A DNA stretch of 63,916 nt, counting the filler, from Octopus bimaculoides (taxonomy: Eukaryota), in assembly GCF_001194135.2 (NCBI RefSeq). It is 7 parts of 5 records of this genome, joined end to end, with 100 filler letters (N's around TTAATTAATTAA, not from the genome) between each part and the next. Parts side by side here need not be neighbours in the genome. Positions count along the whole stretch, not along the records: positions 1 to 24,146 come from NC_068988.1; 6 more parts are not named here. The stretch is one strand, 5' to 3'. This document shows, piece by piece, positions 1-11,875 of the stretch. The translations under genes and the position numbers were made by a program. Position 1 is the stretch's first letter, and each line of letters begins with the position of its first letter. The notes beneath the pieces are model-generated. The model was not told the origin of the DNA and did no database searches. It saw nothing but the letters and a program-made list of their open reading frames with translations.

Positions 1-249
1 AGACGTTGTATCAATTCACCGTTAGACGATGGTGAGAGGGGCAAACGCACACACACACGCATATATGTGTGTGTGTGTTTACATATGTGTATATGCATAT
101 GTATATATGTGCGTATATACAACCTTCAACAAAGTAACTGTCATGTATACAACTTGAACTGACGCACATACATACATACATACATACATACATACATACA
201 TACATACATACACATGCACATATATATCATGAACTAACTGTTACTTTCT

Positions 250-410
250 CAGATGCAGCACAGAATTTTGTCAGTGAACAGGTCGCAGTCTCAAAGCGAC
301 GAAAATATTTTGACAAATTAAATTTAAATGTTGAAGTGAATCTAACGGATTTTGTGTGTTATTTTAAATGGCTTATAAACACCTTCCACGCTGCAATTAT
401 TATACTATAC
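250..410 (+). mobile_element. Dispersed repeat fragment (probable non-autonomous DNA element), second copy at about 60515-60732
   Basis: Shared tract tcaaagcgacgaaaatattttgacaaattaaatttaaatgttgaagtgaatctaacgg...ggcttataaacac in both places. Confidence 0.7.
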
Positions 411-883
411 ATCTATCAGAATAGTTTGAGAACGCTGTATATGTATGTGTATTGAATGTAAATATGTTTATACCTTTGTATTCAGATATGTGTGAATACA
501 TAATTAAATAAGATGCAAATTTGCATTAAAGCATATGCTCTAGTATGTCGTCGTATAACTTTGCTATTTGCATGTCTGTATGACAGTAGACATACACAAA
601 ATGTGCATGTGTGTTTGTGTGTGTAGTAATGAATGGTAAACTTTCGAACGATCATTTATAATAAACGCAGTGAGAAAAATAGACGCCATTGTTAAGCCAT
701 AGGTGTTTTCCTCCGGGGCCAAACAAAGAAAATCTTTCTGGCTACTTCCAACATTTATTAACGTCTCATGAGAAATTGTTTAACCCTTTCTGTCCACAGA
801 GAGAATATATCTATGTATACTCTAAGCACATCAGAAGGAAAAGTAATTAACCTGTCAAATTTGCATAATAGTTGATGTGTATA

Positions 884-992
884 TACTCTTTTCTACGCTA
901 GGCACAAGGCCCGAAATTTTTTTTTTTTGGGGGGGGGGGTTCAGTCGATTAGATCGACCCAGTATGCAACTGGTACTTAATTTATTGACCCC
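884..992 (-). mobile_element. SINE family A, 3' fragment (tail type A)
   Basis: Reverse complement of ...aattaagtaccagttgcatactgggtcgatctaatcgactg...tttcgggccttgtgcctag. Confidence 0.8.
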
Positions 993-2060
993 CCCCCTGT
1001 TATCGCGCAAACATGCCGTTGCCACTTAGAGAGTGTGAACGCGATTGGAAAATAAGAAATAGTAACATCGAGTCGTAGAACTCAAAGAACCGGTTACCCA
1101 GTTTCTGAGGAGTCTAAGTGACCGAAATCACAACATTTCACCCTGAACGGGACACCAGTCCACTGAAGAGTTACTCATTCACAGCCGAGTGGTTTGGAGT
1201 AACGTGAAATAAAATGTTTTGCTCAAGAACCACGATTTTGCGATCGTCAATGCAGCATTTCAACTACTAAGCTATGAGCCTTCTCTCCACGGTGGGGCTG
1301 ATATTTTACGTCAGGAGATCCACTAATTGACTGGTTTAAAAAATTTTTTTTTTACAATTCTGAAAAGAGGGAAGTGGCTAGTTTCACCTTTATACTCAAC
1401 TCATAAACGATGAATGATAAATGAAATGTGAAATAGCTACAGAAACGGATCGAAATCAAATCATAAAAGTGATTCCCTAAATTTTGTTTTCTACGATTTT
1501 CCGCTCGTAGATCTTAACGCTGTTTTGAAATAACAAACTTTAAGAACAACAATTTAAAAAAAAAAAATGATATTTGCAAATGGTTTCCTAATTCCATATG
1601 GATATTGCGAGGAACAATAGACCTTACGAAATTAGCAATGAATTTGTCTTTTTTACTTATTGAATAATTAAAGCAATAATAACTATTATCAAATGCTGGT
1701 TTCTTTCATCACAATTAACCATAGTTAACTTGTTAATACTTTATACAATACATACATTACCATTGATTTAAATAATTAGTAACAGTTACCACTTTTAGGA
1801 ACCTCTTCATTATTTTTACAAATTCAATGCCCTTGAATTGTTTTAAGTTTGTGTAACAAATGTTCTTTACATAGAATATATTTGAAATATGAATACAAAA
1901 ATATCTTACGTTGAAGAGTATTTTTATGTTCATGTTTCAAATGTAATATTTTAAAATATTCAATCATTTATTGCAATAATTTTCTTATCATGTTTACTTA
2001 CTTATTACAGCAGTTCAGTTTATCTATCTATCTATTTACAATTTCATTTGTCTTTTACAG

Positions 2061-2330
2061 ATGTGTGCCATAGCCATAATATGTTTCATAATCGCATGGA
2101 TGCCATACGCTGTGATTTGTCTCTGGTCAATTTACGGCCATCCTGACTACATACCAAACTCTGTTCAAATACTGCCGTCCTTGTTTGCCAAGTCATCAGC
2201 ATCTTACAACCCATTAATTTATGTTGCGCTTAACCGACGTTTCAGGTTAGCCATTGTCAAGATGTTTCGGTGTAATAACGATCAGCGCCCTCTGGAGGAG
2301 GAACTGCGAATGAAAAATTTGATGTGCTAA
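2061..2330 (+). CDS. RRH: Terminal coding exon of a peropsin-like (RRH/Group-4) opsin: TM6, TM7, helix 8, C-tail
   Basis: Preceded by polypyrimidine tract and acceptor (atttcatttgtcttttacag, ends 2060), phase 0. Translation has AWMPYA (TM6), CLWSIYGHPDYIP, LFAKSSASYNPLIY (K296-equivalent Lys codon at 2190-2192, NPxxY) and NRRFR, then TAA at 2328-2330. It closely parallels the recalled vertebrate peropsin C-terminus (AWSPYSIVCLWASFGDPKKIP...LFAKSSTFYNPCIY...NKKFR). The opsin call is strong; the subfamily and symbol are less certain (xenopsin or retinochrome not formally excluded). The ATG is an internal Met, not the start. Confidence 0.9.
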   Translation: MCAIAIICFIIAWMPYAVICLWSIYGHPDYIPNSVQILPSLFAKSSASYNPLIYVALNRRFRLAIVKMFRCNNDQRPLEEELRMKNLMC

Positions 2331-2938
2331 ATTACTTACATGTCATTTTGGGCTATCAGATTACAAAATGACTGATGATCTATGGGTATCAAAGTGAGTG
2401 TATGTATGTCTATGCGTGTATGTATATGTATATCTGTGTGTGTGTGTGTATGTGTGTGTGTATGTGTGTGTGTGTGTGAACGTATATATTGCAGCGTGGG
2501 AATGCAATATGCAATATACTATTGTATTTTTTCTTTCACTTTTCTTTCACTATCTAATTTTTATTTTAGAACTTAAATACCTTTATAACTTTTTGTCTGG
2601 TACATACAAATCACTAATTTTGAGAAGTTCGCCGGTGAAAGCTGTTATTATTTCGTCATGCAATATTCATCATAACGCGAAACATAAGTTTTTTTTTCTT
2701 CCAATATTAATTCACATTTTCTAGTGCATAAACTCCGAGTAATTTAAATATGAAATTCTTATAGAAATTTAATACTTTATTACTGATTTCTATCAAATGA
2801 AGAGATTATTCTGTAAAAGGACAGGTTTCCTTCAGAATCAAAATGTTTGATAAAGAATGAAATTTATAGCAAAACATTGATAGTCTGTCAAAGACTACAG
2901 CAAACGATCAGGTTTCATTTCAGATATCGATCTCCATA

Positions 2939-3111
2939 AATAAATTAAATTATCTCTTTAAACAGTTCTGCTTAACGATCAATATCTTTAACAAAAGGTA
3001 TTACCTCATTGCCAAAACATTTCAATGTCAAAATGGGAAATACCTGAAAACAAATTTCTTTTTATCACAACTTACTTTCTGCAATGCACTTTTTAAAGGA
3101 ATTTTAATAAA
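2939..3111 (+). promoter_or_regulatory. Candidate polyadenylation signals of the opsin 3' UTR (AATAAA at 2939-2944 and 3106-3111)
   Basis: Hexamers 0.6-0.8 kb downstream of the stop codon; weak evidence in such AT-rich DNA. Confidence 0.25.
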
Positions 3112-3786
3112 TGACAAAATCCCTAATCAAATAAGACTAGAACATAACTTACCTAAAATCTCTCAATATGTACGTCCATAGATGTTTACGTATGTGTACA
3201 CACACTCACACAGACACACACAGACACACACAGATACACACAGACACACACAGATACACACAGACACACACAGATACGCACATAAACACACACACACATA
3301 CACACACTCGACTCAACCAGGAAGACTCGTGACGCCGTCTGATACAATGTCCTCCAATTACGGCCTACTCGCTTGAAAACAAATGATATGGCTGCTATAT
3401 CAGAGCTGAACTATGGCAAAACAACAAAGAAATTTATAAGATACAACCCTTGTTTTGCCAATCAAATTCAAATCAACAATAATGTTTCCTTAGTATACCA
3501 CTTATGGGGATTATAAAATATTTATTGATTTGATACATACGTTGCAAATTTTAATTTTGTCATAATTAAAATAGGAAGCATATGGAAGGGGGGTTTATAT
3601 CGACAGAATGTCTTTCTTGTCACTCCGTGCTGTCTTAAAGAAAGCTTGCAATCACACATCTTAATGCAGTCCATGGTACACAATGCCCGAGAGAAAACAC
3701 GAAATTACCACGGCTGGGATAATTTTGATTCATACGAAGAAGACACATGACAAACAAATCACGATACATGCATTGAAATAGACATG

Positions 3787-3885
<99 letters not shown>

Positions 3886-3997
3886 TACACACACAAACAC
3901 ACACACACACACACACACATGAACACACACACATACATATATATATATATATTTATATATATTTATATATATATATGTGTGTGTTTATGTGTGTATG

Positions 3998-4028
<31 letters not shown>

Positions 4029-4555
4029 CATACATACATACATAGACACACACATAAACACACACCCATAAACATACTCACACTCACACACACACACACA
4101 CACAACACACATATACATACATACATGCATGACTGCGTTGTTAAGAAGATCGCTTTGCAGCCACGTGTTTCGGATTCAGTCCCACCTGTGCAGCATCTTC
4201 AGTAAGTGTCTTCTATCATAGCACGGCGCGAACCAGTGCTTTGTGAGTGAATCCGGTAAACGGAAACTGTGTGGAAGCCTGTTGTATACATATGTCTTTA
4301 TGCATGCGCGTCTATATTTACCCCCCNNNNNNNNNNNNNNNNNNNNNNNNNNNNNNNNNNNNNNNNNNNNNNNNNNNNNNNNNNNNNNNNNNNNNNNNNN
4401 NNNNNNNNNNNNNNNNNNNNNNNNNNNNNNNNNNNNNNNNNNNNNNNNNNNNNNNNNNNNNNNNNNNNNNNNNNNNNNNNNNNNNNNNNNNNNNNNNNNN
4501 NNNNNNNNNNNNNNNNNNNNNNNNNNNNNNNNNNNNNNNNNNNNNNNNNNNNNNN

Positions 4556-4584
<29 letters not shown>

Positions 4585-4586
<2 letters not shown>

Positions 4587-4780
4587 AATCCAAACAAAGA
4601 AGAACGAACAAGGAAAAACAATAACGCGAGGACGTGGTACAAGTACTGTATTATCAGACGTTCAGGAAAGGAGAGAAAGAGGATTTAACGTTTCGAGCCA
4701 AGCTCTTCTTCAGAAATAGAGGAAAGTCCAAAGGAAGGGAAGACGGAGGAAGAAAATCGCCAACGATACACACGCGGTTG
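4585..4780 (-). mobile_element. Short non-autonomous repeat carrying a minimal hammerhead ribozyme (Penelope-associated / retrozyme-like)
   Basis: Homologous to 49685-49895 (+); contains the hammerhead core; its 3' end abuts a (TA)n tract. Confidence 0.7.
4683..4717 (-). ncRNA. Minimal type-I hammerhead ribozyme motif, structurally intact
   Basis: Minus strand reads ATTT-CTGAAGA-A-GAGC-TTG-GCTC-GAAAC-GTT-AAAT: stem I ATTT/AAAT, stem II GAGC/GCTC, palindromic AACGTT stem III, GUU cleavage triplet. Confidence 0.7.
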
Positions 4781-5041
4781 GTGCCTTGATAAAGAACATA
4801 TGTTTCTGGTAGGAACGTGAATTACTACATACCCACGTTCAGCCTCCATTAGGCGGTGTAATAATGAGGCTATTATTCAATAGTAAGTAACTGGTATACT
4901 GACATGGGCCATAATAGAATTTTAAAGAAAACTTGGCAATGGAACTGCGATCAAGCACAAATGAACTATATCATGTTCTCAATTATACACTTAAAGAGTA
5001 CAGCTCTCTGAATTAACAAAGAGTGTGTTGAATATTAGTAA

Positions 5042-5252
5042 CAAGGCGGCGAGCTGGCAGAAACGTTAGCATGTTGGACGAAATGTTTAGCGGTAATTCG
5101 TCTGTCTTTATGTTCTGAGTTCAAATTCCGCCGAGGTCGACTTTGCTTTTCATCCGTACGGGGTCGATGAATTAAGTACCAGTTGCGTACTGGGGTCGAT
5201 CTAATCGACTGTTCCCCCCGAAAATTTCGGGCCTTGTGCCAAGACTAGAAAA
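5042..5252 (+). mobile_element. SINE family A, full length with 12-bp TSD
   Basis: Head aaggcggcgagctggcagaaacgttagc, B-box gagttcaaattcc, core ggtcgactttgcttttcatcc...gtcgat...aagtaccagt, tail ccttgtgcc...agaaaa. TSD gaatattagtaa at 5030-5041 and 5253-5264. Confidence 0.9.
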
Positions 5253-6293
5253 GAATATTAGTAAGAGGTTAAAATTTCACAAATGTAACAAGATTTTTTA
5301 AAATTTTGTTTTCAACGTACTAACTTTAGTAGTGAACTTGATGAAGTAGAATGATTTAATACGTTATAGTACTTATATTGTGGGAATAAAAAGTATAATG
5401 AAATGACTGTTACATAATGATCGTAATGTATGATTATAGGCAATCTCTAACCCATGCAATAATTTGGTTCGATCTAAAATGTTATGAAAATCATACAAAC
5501 TCTAATCTTAATATATTTTAATTATCATATTGCTTTAATTGTTCATTGGAGATGCTTAGTTTTGCTCATTTGCTACAGCCCTTATTCACTGCAATTTCCT
5601 CCGCTTCTTACACTCCCTATCTTAAATTCACTTCTTTGTCACTTCTGCTCACCTGTCTCACTTTCGCTGTCTTAAAACATCGTTATCGCAATTTGAAAAA
5701 AAAAAAAAAAATTGAAGGAAATATTGTCCACATATTACAAGGAGAACAATTCAAAGAACATTCGCATTTCACTACATCCAATCGTTTTTATAGATTTTTA
5801 AGTATTATTAAATTATTGAAAGTCATTTCTCTATTTATTTCGGTCTTTCTTATAATTGTTTAAAAGTTATTTCATTATGTTTTGTTTCCTTTTTATAGTT
5901 CACAATTTTATAAGTGACGATCTTACTTTACAAGTTAGGAACGAACACATTAGGCACTGCCATCCTTTTTACAGAACAAAAAGACATAAAATAGGATAAA
6001 ATTACCCGGACGCGGTTTCTGTCTTAGTCTAGTATTTACATTTCCCTGAACAAGGATGCTTGTAATTATTTATCTATCGTCTTCTTTCATCAGTTGTAAC
6101 AAGGTGGCAATTATTCCAGCGTTAGCAAAATTTTAGGAAAATCAACCAGGAATTTATTGAAAACGAATGAAATTTCTTTGAAACTCAAATACTACCATTG
6201 TATCTGTAAAATCAAACTGACAACTTAATATGGCAGGACGCATTAAATATTGGTAAAAGAAATAAGTATATCTTAATGCATTAAATACATACA

Positions 6294-6465
6294 TACGGCG
6301 GCGAGCTGGCAGAATCGTTAGCATGCCGGACAAAATGCTTAGCAACATTTCATCCGTCTTTAACTTTCATCCTTTTGGGGGTTGTTAAAATTAATACCAG
6401 TTGAGTGCTGCGGTCAATACCATTGTCTCCCCTGAAATTGCTGCGCTTGTACCAAAATTTGAAAC
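6294..6465 (+). mobile_element. SINE family A, internally deleted (B-box region lost)
   Basis: Head ggcggcgagctggcagaatcgttagc joined directly to the actttcatccttttgggg core. Confidence 0.8.
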
Positions 6466-7346
6466 CAATATATAGATATAAGTATGCACACACAAACACA
6501 CACATATTTATGAATGTATGTCCTAACAAGAGGCAAAATAAATAAATAAATGGAAGAAAGAAAGAAAGGAAATAAGAAAGGCAAAAGGCAAATAAAATCA
6601 GAAAGAAAAGAAAACAAGAAGTCGAAAATATCCATATCCGTCCGTTGAAGAAATTGCACCTAACTCTACTGCACGTCGAAAGGGGACACATGCATGCTGG
6701 AGAAAAAGAGGGTCTCAATTGCTTCCCTCTTTGCTACACCCACCATGCTATAGAAATATCGGTATTTCATTGTTGTAAAAGTCTTACAGCCCCCACTGCC
6801 GCAATGAAAGCTTAATCATTTGTCGCTCAAGAAAGTTTCAGCTTTTATTCATCAACAAAAGCCATGACACACTACACAGCCACAGTATGTGGTGGCAAAG
6901 AACCTGTAAATGCTTTCAACTAATGTACACATTCAATGCAAAATACGAAAACGTTAGCATTTTATTGTTCCTTATGTGCAAAACACCTCCATTCATTACA
7001 ACAAGACTATTTGACCTTTCGTTATCTGTCTCTGTATTAAATGTGACTCAGTCTTATCAGCTAGACACAGAAGCTGGTCTAGCGCATGATTTTTTTAAAA
7101 CGTAATAAAGATCTGCGCGCACATCAGACTCTCGATCTTGGTTTCACGGAATATGCCCAGTCAAAAAAAAAAAAAAATGAAGACATTTGAATTTGTATGA
7201 GAATGCACAGGAGTGCTAAAGGGTCCGAAGAGATCTCCAAACCTCGCAGCAGCATTTAACTTGATGCGTATGGAAGCCATAAATGCATCATTCCAGATGC
7301 CTGGAATAATGTATTATAGCGTTGTTTCTAATTATGCCTACATAAT

Positions 7347-7443
<97 letters not shown>

Positions 7444-7871
7444 GTGTGTGTGTGTGTGTGTATGTGTGTGTGTGTGTGTATGTGTGTGTGTGTGTGTGTG
7501 TGTATGCATGTATGTATATGTATGTACTTTCCTCGTAAGAGCGGCATGCAAACCATAAGTTTTTAGACCTGAGGTCATGTCATTCATGAGATTGCGAATG
7601 GCAACGAAAGGACTTTGACAAACGTTGATGACGGACTGATTGACCCAATGATTAATCAAACAATCGATTATTTGATTAGTTAAGTGATTAACCAAGTGAC
7701 TAATAATAATAATGAAAAGAGTGAGAGAGAGTCAGTGCATGTGTTTATTATTGACATAATGATCCTTCTAAAATACGACAAAATTTTGTTCTAACTTTAG
7801 AAATAAACTTTATGTAGTTTCTTTAATTGTAAGATATTCTCAATACTCGGGGATAATTCCCAACTCCAATA

Positions 7872-8015
7872 TTGTTTCCGTCTACCAATTCCACTCACAA
7901 GGCTTTGGTCGGCCCGAGGCTATAGTAGAAGACACTTGCCCAAGGTGCCACGCAGTGGGACTGAACCCGGAACCATGTGGTTGGTAAGCAAGCTACTTAC
8001 CACACAGCCACTCCT
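7872..8015 (-). mobile_element. SINE family B (CORE-like), 5' half
   Basis: Reverse complement of taggagtggctgtgtggtaagtagcttgcttaccaaccacatggttccgggttcagtcccactgcgtggcaccttgggcaagtgtc; the ccttgggcaagt motif recalls the CORE-SINE domain. Confidence 0.85.
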
Positions 8016-8503
8016 ATACATATATATATATATATNNNNNNNNNNNNNNNNNNNNNNNNNNNNNNNNNNNNNNNNNNNNNNNNNNNNNNNNNNNNNNNNN
8101 NNNNNNNNNNNNNNNNNNNNNNNNNNNNNNNNNNNNNNNNNNNNNNNNNNNNNNNNNNNNNNNNNNNNNNNNNNNNNNNNNNNNNNNNNNNNNNNNNNNN
8201 NNNNNNNNNNNNNNNNNNNNNNNNNNNNNNNNNNNNNNNNNNNNNNNNNNNNNNNNNNNNNNNNNNNNNNNNNNNNNNNNNNNNNNNNNNNNNNNNNNNN
8301 NNNNNNNNNNNNNNNNNNNNNNNNNNNNNNNNNNNNNNNNNNNNNNNNNNNNNNNNNNNNNNNNNNNNNNNNNNNNNNNNNNNNNNNNNNNNNNNNNNNN
8401 NNNNNNNNNNNNNNNNNNNNNNNNNNNNNNNNNNNNNNNNNNNNNNNNNNNNNNNNNNNNNNNNNNNNNNNNNNNNNNNNNNNNNNNNNNNNNNNNNNNN
8501 NNN

Positions 8504-8822
8504 TAGGCGCAGGAGTGGGTGTGTGGTAAGTAGCCTGCTTACCAACCACATGGTTCCGGGTTCAGTCCAACTGCGTGGCACCTTGGGCAAGTGTCTTTTA
8601 CTATAGCATCGGGCCGACCAAAGCCTTGTGAGTGGATTTGGTAGACGGAAACTGGAAAAAGTCCGTCGTATATATGTATATATATATATATATATATGTG
8701 TGTATTTGTGTATCTGTTGTTTGTCCCCCCCTCCCCACCAACATCGCTTGACAACCGATGCTGGTGCGTTTACGTCCCCGTAACTTAGCGGTTCGGCAAA
8801 AGAGACCGATAGAATAAGTACA
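8504..8822 (+). mobile_element. SINE family B (CORE-like) with internal (TA)n/(TG)n microsatellite
   Basis: tRNA-like head (gtgtggtaag A-box; gggttcagtcc B-box-like), ccttgggcaagt core, internal TA/TG tract, 3' part gtttacgtccccgtaacttagcggttcggc. Confidence 0.85.
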
Positions 8823-10018
8823 AAGAATATATACATACACACATACAGACACACACATAGATAAACATTCAAACATACATACATGTGTATATGTCTGTGT
8901 GTGTGCGTGCGCGTATGTATACGTGTGTATGTATAATGTGTTGGGGAATATATATATCCGATTATATTTAAAAATTAAACATTTCTTCTTTCAATCATTT
9001 AAGTATAATCTCCCATGTCATGACACTGCCATTATTTATTTAAAATAAAACAACTTCCCAGATGGTGATATATGTGTTCAGCTCATTACAGATATCTTAC
9101 ACAAATATCCTCGTGGTATTTCGTTTTGCTTGACAAAATTGTTCATCGCTTTACTTTTTACAAAGTCCGTCTATACATGTCGTCTGACAGGTTTTTACGG
9201 CGTCATTAAAATGAATATTTTGTTACTACTAATTATATTTATGACTTAATTAGAAGTAAACTCGAAACTGTTGGCATTTGAAACCTTTTGCAACTGACGT
9301 TAATTGACATAAGGGAAAACAACGTTAGAATGCAAAGACTTCGCAATTAAAATCAAAATGACACGTTTTCTCACTGTAGTGATTCACTTAACTTCATCTG
9401 TGTTTCTCAATGCATTCATGTAAAAGTCTGATGAGAATTGGAATTTATAGGTGTGTGTGTGTGTATTTACATATAATTTGATCGATAATGTCGCAAACTG
9501 CTGCATACATTGTTTACTAAGCGCTGATGTGCTGACATACTTAAATTGCAAAATATACTTGCGTTTAATTTACACATGTTTACTATATGTTCATGTGTGT
9601 ATGCGTATGTATGTATATATGTGTGTGTGTGTTTGTGTGTATGTACGTGTGCGTGGACGTATGTGTGTATGTGTGTATGTATACGTATATTTACGCGTAT
9701 CTCGCAAAAAGTAAAGTCATATACAAATATGAAATGTTAGAAGGAAGTTTCTGCAATTTGGACTTATAAGCATTCATTTCATGAAGAATGATATTTTCCA
9801 GTTCTTCTGCTTTTAATATTAGTGATAATAAGAGTTAAATATATATATGAACGATTTTTAATTTAAATTATGTAATCTAATATTAGGGAGATTGCTTGCA
9901 TTTATAAAACTTCAAGTTCTCTGGTTACAGTAACGCTTTATTTTATTCGGAGTAACACAAATACTAATACATTCCCAAAATGTAACACTAATATATCTGT
10001 TGCTGTGGAAATCGATTT

Positions 10019-10090
10019 TGAATGAACAGTTTAGATTGAATGAACAGTTTAGATTGAATGAACAGTTTAGATTGAATGAACAGTTTAGAT
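10019..10090. repeat. 18-bp tandem repeat x4 (tgaatgaacagtttagat)
   Basis: Four identical units read directly. Confidence 0.95.
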
Positions 10091-11030
10091 TTCCTATTTA
10101 AAATTATATTAGGCATTATTGGAACTAATTTAATAAAAAAAACCTGTTGAATAATAACAAATCTACTGAATAATAACAGATCTACTGAATTCTACGTGTA
10201 TCTATCGCTTCCTAGGTGACTGTGTCATGAAGAGAAGCAGTTTGTATTATATTCTACTATACAATAGTTTAGTGCGGGCGTGGCTGTGGTAAGAAGTTTG
10301 ATTCGCAGTCACATGCTTCCGATTTCAATCCCTCTGCGTGTCTTTTGGTCCGGTCGCCCAGAACTTTGTGAATGCATCTTTTAAACAGAAACTGAAAGGC
10401 GACCACATATATAGGTGTGTGTGTAGTATATATATNNNNNNNNNNNNNNNNNNNNNNNNNNNNNNNNNNNNNNNNNNNNNNNNNNNNNNNNNNNNNNNNN
10501 NNNNNNNNNNNNNNNNNNNNNNNNNNNNNNNNNNNNNNNNNNNNNNNNNNNNNNNNNNNNNNNNNNNNNNNNNNNNNNNNNNNNNNNNNNNNNNNNNNNN
10601 NNNNNNNNNNNNNNNNNNNNNNNNNNNNNNNNNNNNNNNNNNNNNNNNNNNNNNNNNNNNNNNNNNNNNNNNNNNNNNNNNNNNNNNNNNNNNNNNNNNN
10701 NNNNNNNNNNNNNNNNNNNNNNNNNNNNNNNNNNNNNNNNNNNNNNNNNNNNNNNNNNNNNNNNNNNNNNNNNNNNNNNNNNNNNNNNNNNNNNNNNNNN
10801 NNNNNNNNNNNNNNNNNNNNNNNNNNNNNNNNNNNNNNNNNNNNNNNNNNNNNNNNNNNNNNNNNNNNNNNNNNNNNNNNNNNNNNNNNNNNNNNNNNNN
10901 NNNNNNNNNNNNNNNNNNNNNNNNNNNNNNNNNNNNNNNNNNNNNNNNNNNNNNNNNNNNNNNNNNNNNNNNNNNNNNNNNNNNNNATGTGTGTGTGTGT
11001 GTGTGCGTGTGTGTACATACATACATACAT

Positions 11031-11086
<56 letters not shown>

Positions 11087-11091
<5 letters not shown>

Positions 11092-11230
11092 GTTGAAATT
11101 TACAGAAAAATAAAAGACGAAGACAGGTGTATAAACAACAAGCAGGTGTATTAGCTTGACACTCGGGAAGGTGAGAAAGTATGCACTTACCAGAGTAAGT
11201 GCATAAATGTGAAACAAGGTGGAAAAAATA
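11087..11230. mobile_element. Dispersed repeat fragment; inverted homolog at about 48370-48440
   Basis: aaaagacgaagacaggtg...aacaa..caggtgtattag here versus ctaatacatctgtttgttgtctacaccacctgtcttcgtctttt at 48370; both next to TA/CA tracts. Confidence 0.65.
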
Positions 11231-11875
11231 GCACTCGATCTCTTTTGTCGAATCGCCAGGTTGAGAGGAGGTGAACAAACCAAAACCGGATGCCAAGCGC
11301 TGATGGGGTGGGAACAAACACAAAGACACACACACACACACGTATATATATATATATANNNNNNNNNNNNNNNNNNNNNNNNNNNNNNNNNNNNNNNNNN
11401 NNNNNNNNNNNNNNNNNNNNNNNNNNNNNNNNNNNNNNNNNNNNNNNNNNNNNNNNNNNNNNNNNNNNNNNNNNNNNNNNNNNNNNNNNNNNNNNNNNNN
11501 NNNNNNNNNNNNNNNNNNNNNNNNNNNNNNNNNNNNNNNNNNNNNNNNNNNNNNNNNNNNNNNNNNNNNNNNNNNNNNNNNNNNNNNNNNNNNNNNNNNN
11601 NNNNNNNNNNNNNNNNNNNNNNNNNNNNNNNNNNNNNNNNNNNNNNNNNNNNNNNNNNNNNNNNNNNNNNNNNNNNNNNNNNNNNNNNNNNNNNNNNNNN
11701 NNNNNNNNNNNNNNNNNNNNNNNNNNNNNNNNNNNNNNNNNNNNNNNNNNNNNNNNNNNNNNNNNNNNNNNNNNNNNNNNNNNNNNNNNNNNNNNNNNNN
11801 NNNNNNNNNNNNNNNNNNNNNNNNNNNNNNNNNNNNNNNNNNNNNNNNNNNNNNNNNNNNNNNNNNNNNNNNNNN

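Noticed and set aside
1-2040. Upstream opsin exons
   Set aside because: No TM1-TM5-like coding segments found; region is repeats and intron-like AT-rich DNA, so earlier exons probably lie before the window.
10019-10090. Regular short repeats as a possible CRISPR-like array
   Set aside because: Head-to-tail 18-mers without spacers, in eukaryotic DNA; same for the 14-bp and 27-bp arrays.
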